DNA of 32,000 bases from positions 870,001 through 902,000 of the forward strand of contig CP104013.1 of the NCBI GenBank assembly GCA_025839675.1, written 5' to 3'. A program made the translations under genes and the position numbers. The stretch comes from Candidatus Lokiarchaeum ossiferum (GTDB taxonomy: Archaea; Asgardarchaeota; Lokiarchaeia; Sigyniarchaeales; Promethearchaeaceae). Positions 1 through 8,395 of the stretch are shown in pieces (positions within the stretch are counted from its first letter, which is position 1; each line of letters starts with the position of its first letter). Below the pieces are notes generated by a model, which searched no databases, was not told the DNA's origin, and saw nothing but the letters and a program-made list of their open reading frames with translations.

Positions 1-1656
1 TACGCTGTTGATCAACTCGCAAAGCCAAATATTCTTCTTTTTTATGACCTTTCAAATGGAAAACAAGCAGGAATTTGTGATTATTTATTGATCAATTTTC
101 CTTTAGTAAAACAACAAATGCCAATCTATGTGATTGCCACAACATCTATCGATGAAGGAGCAGGTGCTTTATCTATTTATTGGAGTATTTTAGGGCTAAA
201 CTCGATCATTCAAGGATCCACAGCAAAAGCTTGTATTCTATTAGATTATGAAGCAATTGGAAATTCAATTTTTCTAAAACGAATTAAGAAAATGGATGAT
301 ATTGATTTTGAGAGTTATAACTATGTTGTAGCCCAATTAATTTACTCCATCACATATTATGATAGAGAACCATATTCAAATGCTGTGCCATTTTGTCAAA
401 TGATTGATAAACTCGTGATTTTCAATGACATGAAATTCATCATTCCCTTCATGACAATGCCTCGTCGTGAATTGATCGAAGATGAAACGTTTTCGGGCTA
501 TTTAAACGAGTTGGTAAATGATTGCAACCTATTTTCAATGAATTATAAACGCCCCATAGATGAAAATGGCGTTGAACAAGATTATCCTAAAATTAGTCTC
601 GCTAATGCATTTATTGCCTTTGGGGAAAAACAAGATACACACTATCTAAACTTAATCCGGAATAATTTACCTCCGATCATGGAATATTTGCCTGGCACTA
701 AAACGTTTTATACATATCCCCGCGGGGACCCTTTCTCCGTTTTTTTAGAGAATAATACAGTTGTTCGTCAATATTTTCAAGACCTTTTGGAGAAATTTGA
801 TATTCTTATCTCCCATCATTCTTATCTACATGTTCTTGAGGATTTAGGAATCACCGTAGATTCATTTTCGGATGCCTTAGACAAATTGGTCTCAATAGTG
901 GATGCATACCAAGAAAGTGAGGATCTGCTCTATGATGATGAAGAATTCGATTATGAAGAAGAAATATCCAAGTATGATCAACCTGTTGATGAAGAGGAAG
1001 AACTAAAACGAAAGTATGGAGATACTACAGAAGGCACTTTAGAAGGAGAAATATCTGAGAAAATAAAGGGAATAAGCGACGCAAATGATCCTGAAAATAA
1101 TGAATTTCAAGGAGAAGAAGGAAGCAAACCAGAAATTTCTTCACCAAAAACTGATGCTTCGGAAGATTCAATAAATAAAACACCAAAATTGGATAAAACT
1201 CAAATCATTAGAACAAAAGATGATGAAATCAATGATATTGATAAATTATCACAAAATATTGACGCCAAATCAATTTCAAACTTAAATGAACAAGCAATAA
1301 AACAAAATCCACGAAGATCCCGTCCAACTCGCACTCTGAAATTACAAAAAGCCGATCCAATTTTAGTCTCAAGGGAAGGAGGTCGAATTGTGAAAGAAGA
1401 AAAACCAGATAAAGCGGAAGGAAGCGCTTTAGGTTGGTTAGAAATGCGTGCCAATAAGGAAAAAGAAAAAGTTCAGCAAGAGAAGGCTGAAATCACCAGA
1501 GAACGAGAACGCATTGAACTTGAAAAACGCGAATTTGAAGAAGCACAAGAACTCATTCGGTTAGAAGAAGAGAAGAAAACCCAAGAAGAAACGGAAAAAA
1601 CATTAAAGAAAAAAGAAGAACTGAAAGAATTAGCTAAAATGTTTGAAAATCTATAG
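1..1656 (+). CDS. Highly divergent tubulin-superfamily protein, 5'-partial, with degenerate GTP-signature loop and ~245-aa acidic/charged C-terminal extension ending in a K/E-rich coiled coil
   Basis: Frame 1 is open from nt 1; the 'M' at 88 in the ORF track is a TTG inside a longer frame (YAVDQLAKPNILLFYDLSNGKQAGICDYLLINFP...). By-eye alignment to the two tubulins in this window is collinear. ILLFYDLSNGKQAG aligns with GFIMTHAVGGGSGGG (T4). ACILLDYEAIGNSIF aligns with TVVIDNHALFQIV. KLVIFNDMKFIIPFMTMP aligns with NLVPYPRSHFLMASFAPM. ISLANAFIAFGEK aligns with FLACSLLFRGEN. YLPGTKTF aligns with FIPTGIKY. ENNTVVRQYFQDLLEKFDILISHHSYLHVL aligns with GNNSEIVSVFERIGANFDRLWSRKAFAHWF. GITVDSFSDALDKLVSIVDAYQ aligns with GMSKDDFAGARDNVQKLSDEYK. 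The tail starts at ~916 (ESEDLLYDDEEFDYEEE). Confidence 0.55.
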   Translation, partial: YAVDQLAKPNILLFYDLSNGKQAGICDYLLINFPLVKQQMPIYVIATTSIDEGAGALSIYWSILGLNSIIQGSTAKACILLDYEAIGNSIFLKRIKKMDDIDFESYNYVVAQLIYSITYYDREPYSNAVPFCQMIDKLVIFNDMKFIIPFMTMPRRELIEDETFSGYLNELVNDCNLFSMNYKRPIDENGVEQDYPKISLANAFIAFGEKQDTHYLNLIRNNLPPIMEYLPGTKTFYTYPRGDPFSVFLENNTVVRQYFQDLLEKFDILISHHSYLHVLEDLGITVDSFSDALDKLVSIVDAYQESEDLLYDDEEFDYEEEISKYDQPVDEEEELKRKYGDTTEGTLEGEISEKIKGISDANDPENNEFQGEEGSKPEISSPKTDASEDSINKTPKLDKTQIIRTKDDEINDIDKLSQNIDAKSISNLNEQAIKQNPRRSRPTRTLKLQKADPILVSREGGRIVKEEKPDKAEGSALGWLEMRANKEKEKVQQEKAEITRERERIELEKREFEEAQELIRLEEEKKTQEETEKTLKKKEELKELAKMFENL

Positions 1657-1657
1657 G

Positions 1658-1664
1658 TTTTTTT
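1658..1664. terminator. Oligo-T tract between convergent genes (candidate archaeal-type terminator)
   Basis: T7 run 1 nt after the TAG stop at 1654-1656. It lies in the 20-nt gap between the convergent genes ending at 1656 (+) and 1677 (-). Confidence 0.35.
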
Positions 1665-1676
1665 ATCCCTTACTTT

Positions 1677-1982
1677 TTAATTTTGATCGTTATGATGAAG
1701 AGTATTTTGCTTAAATTCTTGAAAAGTTGTCTCTAACCAAGCCATTCGATTTTTCCTCTTCACATATCTTGAATAAAGAAATATCAAGATTAAAGTTAGT
1801 GCTATTGTTGGAAGAATAAAGTACATTGCTGATCCCCGCACGATCAAAATATATCCCCATAACAAAATCGTAATCCCAAACCCATACAAAAATATTTTTT
1901 TTTCCAATGCCGCATCGGGAATCATAGTGTTCCCTTCTTCATGAGAATCAACCAAATCCTGATCTAATTTTGCACCTTCCAT
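1677..1982 (-). CDS. Small 2-TM membrane protein, short paralog of the 9980-10781 pair
   Basis: 101 aa with two hydrophobic helices. The segment SAMYFILPTIALTLILIFLYSRYVKRKN matches SNLYIIPALLMVALLGLIVYSFIKRKD (9980-10378) and KVYLWILPIVIISILGLLFWIFVRKD (10371-10781). Confidence 0.6.
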   Translation of the reverse strand: MEGAKLDQDLVDSHEEGNTMIPDAALEKKIFLYGFGITILLWGYILIVRGSAMYFILPTIALTLILIFLYSRYVKRKNRMAWLETTFQEFKQNTLHHNDQN

Positions 1983-2320
1983 CTCATCTTGGTTGACTTG
2001 GATACCAATTTTTTCTGAAATGATTTTCTAACCTCCGAAACTTTTATGAAAATACAAGAAAAACATAGGTATTTGTATGTTTGGAGAAAAGTTTTTCGAT
2101 TAAATTCTAAAAAAAATGAATAAGGAAAAATTCCATTAAAATATTAATTAATTAAAATCTATTCAGTAAAGAGAGTTTAGAATATATTAACCACTTGTTG
2201 AACCTAATTCTAAGAAATAATTGGAATTAAAAGCTATTCGATAAGATTCAACACACTTCTAAGAGAGAAGGATGAAAAATGAATGGTGAGAAAGAAAAAT
2301 AGTTAAAACTTTAGAAAAAA

Positions 2321-5300
2321 TTAAGAATTCGCTTCGTCTTGAATCAAAGAAGGTAAATTTTCTTTCGCTTTTATCGTTTTATAGAGAAGTAAAACAAAAA
2401 CAATCCCTATGACTAAGAAAAGCAAAGAAATATATTCAAAATCGCGTGAAAAGGATCGAATAATGATAAAAAAGACATAGGAAATGCCGATTAGTGCGAT
2501 TAAACCGTATTGGAATTTAATATGGTAATCAATCTCTAAATTAGCGATAACCCAGCCTGCAAACAGAGCAAGATTGAAAATTATGCCAAATTTGACTTCC
2601 GATAAGAATCCAGTCATCATCAAACTAATGATCACAACCATTAGAGAATAATAAAATCGATAGAGAAGATATTTTTCATTAGTTTTAGGACGATTAGAAT
2701 ATAAAAGTGAAACTATACAAGTACAGGCAATAACTGCAGTATAAATAAAGAGAAAATTGAATTCAAAATTATCGTCCATTATCCCCACTAACATTCCGAG
2801 ACCAGAAAGACACGTAATTCCAAGTTGTTGCCACATTTTAGGGTGATATGAGAATAAAAATGTTAACAATATTTGCAATAGAATTATTTGTATCCAGAAA
2901 TATTCACCAGAGATGAAAGTTTGTTGGATGAAACTACCGTAATAATATATTACTGCGAAGGAAATGACAGAAAATCCAAAATTAAAAATTAAATTCACGA
3001 GTAACAATTTTTGATCCTGGTTCGACGTTTTTGATTTTTTTTCTTTATGATTTTGCCGATCAAGAACCGAAAGACTAAGCTCAATAATTAACAAAAGAAC
3101 AAAAACCAAAGGAATAAAGAGTCCAAACTGGGTGAAATCACTCTCAAATATAAAAATAACACAAATAGAATTCATGAGATTTAAAATCAACATGTAAGAA
3201 GAAGTTGAAATTGGATTCTCGGAGATTATATTTTTCATCCAGAAAACAAGAGTAGCGCCAAGAATAATGACAATTTTTGTCCAGGTTGCTAATAGATTAT
3301 TGTAAGAATAATTAATCACTAATATTACAATGATGTTAATCGAATGGGCAAGAAAAGTGTTAATTTTTACATTGATTTGAGTATAAAAAATAATAAGCTG
3401 GAAAGCTACCCAAAAAATAGAGATAAATATTATCCAATAACTTGAATACCGAAAGAATTGAATACTCTTTAAAGATAATAAATAAATGGAAGCGAAATAT
3501 GTTAAGATCCCATACTGCAATACAGATTTTTTGGAAAGATTGGTGTCCTGAGTTAAGAAAAACTTGCCGAATAGACCGGTGATTAATAATCCACCCATAA
3601 ATATCGAAAATAGCACGAGAGTTTCTTGCATTATTGTCAAAATGAAAAGGACCCCTATGGAGGTTAAGAAAATATGAAGAAGGTTTATTTTAGTTTTTGC
3701 ATACTCTACGAATTGGTCTTTTTTGGAATCTTGTAATATTTTCATGCCTACGATAAACGGATAAATAAAAAAGCATAAAATTAGAATAAATTCAACAATT
3801 TGTGTGGATCCCTCAAGATCTCCCATATATAGTTGAAGGATAAGAAAGTTAGTTAAGGATGTGATGAGAAGTTGAAGTGAAATAGCACTTTTTTCTCCAG
3901 AACCATCGATCGTTCTTGAATAATAGAGGGAAAATCCCAAGATTATCATAGTAATAATGAAGAATGCTGGTTTATCGGACGTATTTCTTTCGAAAAGACA
4001 TATAATGAAACCAATCCTCGCCATCAATAAGTAAAATAAACGGACAAAAACTCGCACTTTGGAATATTCAAATTCCAAAAATTGAGTCATACTTAATGCC
4101 ACGTAAAAGCTGAGAATGAACCCCAAAATAACAGCGAAATTATCCCAGATTACTCTAGAGAAAAGTGAAAAATTCAATAAGGTTATAAGGTTGATGAAAA
4201 TTTGAACGGCGTGATTAATAAAAACAAGGAGCAGATAGGGAGTTTTTAGATCATGGCTTAAATCTTGCTTAATAATCCCAATTTGCTCTTTAATCTGAAT
4301 ATAAAACTGAGCTTGAAGAATGATGAATAAAACAACTATTTCTATACTCGAAGAATCTCGGTGATGAATATTGATTACAAGGAAATAATAAGCCGCCATT
4401 GGTAAAATTTGATTAATAATGAGAAGGACAAACTTAACTACACTGTTTTTGTAAAATTCATAGTGATCTCCGTATCCCTTTAATAGCAATCTCCCAAATA
4501 TAATATTTACACAGATAATCAAACTTAGATTCAGGGATATAATTTCAGAAAATTCACCAATAAACGAGAGAATTGAGATGCTAATCATGACTGCAACTAA
4601 AGGAGTGAGGGATATTTTTTTAAGAGCTAACCCTGTTGCAACAATGATTAATGCAGCATAGAAGATTGTGTTAAGATTTTGATAATATATTCCTAAAAAC
4701 TGATTATTAATAAAAGATGGAATTAAAACCAAGATAAGAATGCTCAAAAAGACTTCTCCAATGAAAAAATCATTGCGATACTTTATAAGAAGTATGATAA
4801 ATACGAAAATGAGTGATATAATAGATAAGCACCATATTATTACGTTTAATACAGAGTCCCCAGATAAAACTGCTGTTGGGAGAATATATGCAAGCGACAG
4901 CCCAATTACCCCTAATCCGATAAAACTCCACGGAAAGATAAAAAGTTGTGATTTTTGAGATTTTATGTATTTATTTATCAGATAAAATCCAGCGATTAAG
5001 AATCCGGCTGATAAAATATAAATATAGATAAAAATATTTAAAAAGGTCAAAAAACCTTCCTCAAGCCACCTTATTAACATTAGAAAACTAATGTAAATTG
5101 TTACAGACAGTAAAATATAAAAGAAAAATAGAAGAAGATAGGGTTTTTTTTGATCGGAAGGAGTATTATACGTATTCCTTTGCGATTTTTTAGTTTGCTG
5201 GACCGATTTATTGTCATTTATACCTGGAGATCTTACTCGAGTATATTTCGATAATTCCTTGTGTTGAAGTAAATCTTTGTTTAAAAGTGGTACACTGGCA

Positions 5301-5626
5301 AGTTTTTTCTGAATAAAATTTTGCTCTTTTTGAATTTTTTGTTGAGAAACTGCATCAAACTTAGATACTTTTGTTGATTCTGTTAGTTTTTTTTTAGAAT
5401 AAGATAAATCAGAAGGAAGATGAGGGAGAGCACTAACCAAATGATTTTTTTTAACCTCGTTTGTAGGTAGAGTTTTTTTCATCCCCAATCGCATCTGAAT
5501 GGAATCTAAACTTGTAGCAATAGTATCAACTTTCATTTCTAATGAGGAAATTCGTTGAATCATGTTTTTGAGTTCAGAATTGGAATTGGGATCTGAAGAT
5601 TTTTCTTTTTGTATTTTATCTTCCAT
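2321..5626 (-). CDS. Giant polytopic membrane protein (1101 aa) with ~170-aa basic, coiled-coil cytoplasmic N-terminus
   Basis: Single 3.3-kb ORF in AT-rich DNA. The N-terminus MEDKIQKEK...MIQRISSLEMKVDTIATSLDSIQMRLG has heptad-like spacing and is followed by a K/S/Q-rich segment. After that comes near-continuous hydrophobic helices, a few dozen by eye. The architecture resembles DUF2339-type proteins; that is from memory and not verified. Confidence 0.75.
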   Translation of the reverse strand: MEDKIQKEKSSDPNSNSELKNMIQRISSLEMKVDTIATSLDSIQMRLGMKKTLPTNEVKKNHLVSALPHLPSDLSYSKKKLTESTKVSKFDAVSQQKIQKEQNFIQKKLASVPLLNKDLLQHKELSKYTRVRSPGINDNKSVQQTKKSQRNTYNTPSDQKKPYLLLFFFYILLSVTIYISFLMLIRWLEEGFLTFLNIFIYIYILSAGFLIAGFYLINKYIKSQKSQLFIFPWSFIGLGVIGLSLAYILPTAVLSGDSVLNVIIWCLSIISLIFVFIILLIKYRNDFFIGEVFLSILILVLIPSFINNQFLGIYYQNLNTIFYAALIIVATGLALKKISLTPLVAVMISISILSFIGEFSEIISLNLSLIICVNIIFGRLLLKGYGDHYEFYKNSVVKFVLLIINQILPMAAYYFLVINIHHRDSSSIEIVVLFIILQAQFYIQIKEQIGIIKQDLSHDLKTPYLLLVFINHAVQIFINLITLLNFSLFSRVIWDNFAVILGFILSFYVALSMTQFLEFEYSKVRVFVRLFYLLMARIGFIICLFERNTSDKPAFFIITMIILGFSLYYSRTIDGSGEKSAISLQLLITSLTNFLILQLYMGDLEGSTQIVEFILILCFFIYPFIVGMKILQDSKKDQFVEYAKTKINLLHIFLTSIGVLFILTIMQETLVLFSIFMGGLLITGLFGKFFLTQDTNLSKKSVLQYGILTYFASIYLLSLKSIQFFRYSSYWIIFISIFWVAFQLIIFYTQINVKINTFLAHSINIIVILVINYSYNNLLATWTKIVIILGATLVFWMKNIISENPISTSSYMLILNLMNSICVIFIFESDFTQFGLFIPLVFVLLLIIELSLSVLDRQNHKEKKSKTSNQDQKLLLVNLIFNFGFSVISFAVIYYYGSFIQQTFISGEYFWIQIILLQILLTFLFSYHPKMWQQLGITCLSGLGMLVGIMDDNFEFNFLFIYTAVIACTCIVSLLYSNRPKTNEKYLLYRFYYSLMVVIISLMMTGFLSEVKFGIIFNLALFAGWVIANLEIDYHIKFQYGLIALIGISYVFFIIIRSFSRDFEYISLLFLVIGIVFVLLLYKTIKAKENLPSLIQDEANS

Positions 5627-6296
5627 TATTGCTTGATAGATTTTTGAATTTTAAACTTTTTTGGTCAAATTCTTTGTATTTTCCATTAAACCTATCTCCT
5701 TTATCATTATAATTTTTTATACTTGAATATGTATTCATCTAAGTTGAAATAAAAATGAATTATCTTAAACACATTAACTTTAAAAGAGAAAAAAATACAC
5801 ATTTTTAATATTTATAGTCAAGGGATTAATAATTTAAATCAGAAAGACCAGTATATGCTCTCGATCAATAGTCTTATTCCCAATACTCATCCTGGCAGTT
5901 ACAAGACAGTGTGTTTTAGGAATTTCAACAAATTTTAGAATATTGTTCTCTAAACATCCCCATTACCTCGATCAAGGCTTTGTTTGTCCGAAAGTTTAAA
6001 ATTTGGAAATCTCAATTAAAAAAATAACAAAAATACTCAATATATTTGACATTATAGGCTTCCAATGGTAATTGGATTACTATTGTATTATTGATTCTCT
6101 ATTTTCCCTACATATTCTAATAATTTACTCTGGAATATATAGGATAAAATAAGAACTTCACTAAAGAGCCACTTTAAGATAATTTTTTGCTTTAATCTTC
6201 TTTCCTTCGTGCGTCATCTTTAAAAAAAAAAATTTCCATTGTTCGAAAAATAGGAAAATATATTTGTGAATAAGTATTCAGATAATATGATATAAT

Positions 6297-6986
6297 TTGA
6301 ATGCATTACAGTTTGAAAAAATGAAAAAAAGCTATTTTTATGATGAATTCATGCAGAAAGCTTTAGAATATGACAATCTCAAAATGGAAGATTATATGCA
6401 TTTCATGCCCAAGGTTCTCCCTTTGATTTTAGCTCATACAGAAAGAGATCCTGTAGAACTTTTCCAAACCCTAATGGAAGAGTTACGAGAATTATGGGAT
6501 GCTTCCGAAGAAATTCCTTTTCATGGTCCTTGGCATCATGGAATAATTCCCGCAGTATTGCTGCAAACTTTGCAAAATAATGGAGATAATATTTTAAAAG
6601 AAGATATAGTAGAAGCTTATGGGCGAGGTTTGAAAATAACAGCTGGAAGTTGTGGGTTTTGTGGTATATGTGGAGCGGGATCTGGGGTTGGAATAGCCTT
6701 GAGTATCGCATTGAAAGCAAATCCATTTCAGAATCATCCCCGAACATCAGTATTCGGTGCAAGTGCTCAAACAATCAAGAAAATTGGGCAGTTAGGTGGC
6801 CCTCGCTGTTGTCGATTAAGTTCCTATGTTGCTCTTGAAAAAGGAACGGAATTCCTCTCAAAAGCGGGATTTACGATAGAACCGCGCAAACTTACAGGAT
6901 ATTGCACAATCTTTGAGAGAAATGCAGAATGTCATACTATTCGTTGTCCATATTATTCTAAAAATAAATCTAGGATAGAAGAATGA
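6297..6986 (+). CDS. Cys-rich putative metal/Fe-S-binding protein (DUF5714-like)
   Basis: Motifs HGPWHHGIIPAVLL, GSCGFCGICGAGSGVG, GGPRCCRLSSY and C-x-ECHTIRCPYY. The ORF-track start is TTG at 6297; the first ATG is at 6321. The family name is recalled from a motif pattern and was not searched. Confidence 0.6.
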   Translation: MNALQFEKMKKSYFYDEFMQKALEYDNLKMEDYMHFMPKVLPLILAHTERDPVELFQTLMEELRELWDASEEIPFHGPWHHGIIPAVLLQTLQNNGDNILKEDIVEAYGRGLKITAGSCGFCGICGAGSGVGIALSIALKANPFQNHPRTSVFGASAQTIKKIGQLGGPRCCRLSSYVALEKGTEFLSKAGFTIEPRKLTGYCTIFERNAECHTIRCPYYSKNKSRIEE

Positions 6987-7100
6987 ACTTCACTTTCCCA
7001 ATCTATCATTTTTTCAGTATTTCATCTTCAATCTGAATACTTCAATCCCAAAATTTAGTCGTAATTAAGAATTTTTTTGCTTAAAGATGGATTAAGAAAG

Positions 7101-7109
7101 AAAAAAAAA
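7101..7109 (-). terminator. Oligo-T (T9 on minus strand) after the tubulin pair, candidate terminator
   Basis: A9 on the plus strand at 7101-7109, which is T9 on the minus strand. It begins 10 nt downstream of the TAA stop (7120-7122) of the alpha-like tubulin. Confidence 0.4.
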
Positions 7110-7119
7110 TTGATACGAA

Positions 7120-8394
7120 TTATTCTTCGTCTCGTTTATATTCATCGCTGAGTTTCTGAACGTTGTCTCGAGCCCCTGCGAAATCGTCTTTGGACATACC
7201 TTCAATTTCATACCAATTCAAGAATGCACCCTTGTCGAACATAAGGTTAAATTGGGCTAAGATCCGATTGAAAATTTCAGCCACACCAGTGTGATTAATT
7301 AAAGCAGACCCACTGCGTTCCAAACCTTCAGGAGCGGTGCCAGTCATACCATACTTAATACCGGTAGGAATGAATGAACTAAATTTAATGCGTCCTTTGA
7401 TGTCTAAGAGAGCATTGGTAATATCTTGAGCAGTGTTTTCACCCCGGAAGAGGAGAGAACAGGCCAAGAATGTGCCTTTGGTGACATCGACTGCAGCCAT
7501 CATATAATTTTCTTCGAAGAGAGCATTAGCGAGGTTACTGGTGGTCAATTTCGCATATTGGCGATCTTCCGCAGTTGCCATCGGAGCAAAGGAAGCCATG
7601 AGAAAATGACTGCGTGGATAAGGAACCAAGTTGACCAAGAATTCCTTCATATCGGTGTTGAGTGAACCTTTGAAGCGAAGGGAGGCAGTAATATCAGATA
7701 AAGCCTGAGAGATCACATGGTTCAAATCATCGTAAATAGGATCATCAATACCCATATTCTTCGTGACAATTTGGAACAAAGCATGATTGTCAATAACGAC
7801 GGTTTCATCAGTATATTGAATCATTTTATCCAAAGACAAGATGGCGTTGTATGGTTCTACGACCGCATCGCTTAATAAGGGGCTTGGTAGGATGGAATAA
7901 CTCCACAAAATTTTCTTGGGATATTCTTCTTTAATCTTTTCCATGATTAAACATCCCAAACCTCCACCAGATCCACCACCAACAGCATGGGTCATGATAA
8001 ATCCTTGAAGAGATTCACATTTTGCAACTTCTTTCTTCAGTTGTTCCATGATATTGTCAATCATATCGCGACCTTCACCCAAATAACCTTTTGCAAAACT
8101 GTTTGCACCCCCATAGAGTCCATGGATCAGGTTTTTAGGATCGAAGAAACTTGGTAATTGTTCATTGCCAACTTGTCGAACGACCTTTGGTTCTAAATCA
8201 ATCAAAAGAGCTCGTGGAACATATTTTCCACCACTTGCTTTCATAAAGAAACAATCAGGATCACCTTTAATATCCCCACCAATAGGGGCACCATTATGAT
8301 CTAAATTGTGCTCAGCACAGATTTGTTTCCAATACATTGCACCAACTTGAATACCAGCTTGTCCAACGTGTAACATAATAACTTCTCGGCCCAT
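7120..8394 (-). CDS. Tubulin, alpha-like (catalytic Glu in T7 loop); Asgard AtubA/B-type family candidate
   Basis: 424 aa. MGREVIMLHVGQAGIQVG (compare alpha-tubulin MRECISIHVGQAGVQIG). T4 signature GGGSGGG at 7960-7980. VVEPYNAILS. T7/H8 LNTDMKEFLVNLVPYPRSHF has Glu251 (codon 7642-7644) where alpha-tubulin has E254. FIPTGIKYG; NHTGVAEIFNRILAQFNLMFDKGAFLNWY. Short acidic end ...EYKRDEE. Confidence 0.95.
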   Translation of the reverse strand: MGREVIMLHVGQAGIQVGAMYWKQICAEHNLDHNGAPIGGDIKGDPDCFFMKASGGKYVPRALLIDLEPKVVRQVGNEQLPSFFDPKNLIHGLYGGANSFAKGYLGEGRDMIDNIMEQLKKEVAKCESLQGFIMTHAVGGGSGGGLGCLIMEKIKEEYPKKILWSYSILPSPLLSDAVVEPYNAILSLDKMIQYTDETVVIDNHALFQIVTKNMGIDDPIYDDLNHVISQALSDITASLRFKGSLNTDMKEFLVNLVPYPRSHFLMASFAPMATAEDRQYAKLTTSNLANALFEENYMMAAVDVTKGTFLACSLLFRGENTAQDITNALLDIKGRIKFSSFIPTGIKYGMTGTAPEGLERSGSALINHTGVAEIFNRILAQFNLMFDKGAFLNWYEIEGMSKDDFAGARDNVQKLSDEYKRDEE

Positions 8395-8395
8395 T

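Noticed and set aside
1200-6838. Short overlapping ORFs 1200-1454(-), 4740-4958(+), 6403-6774(-) and 6650-6838(+)
   Set aside because: All are nested antisense or out of frame within longer, better-supported genes. None has a recognisable motif.
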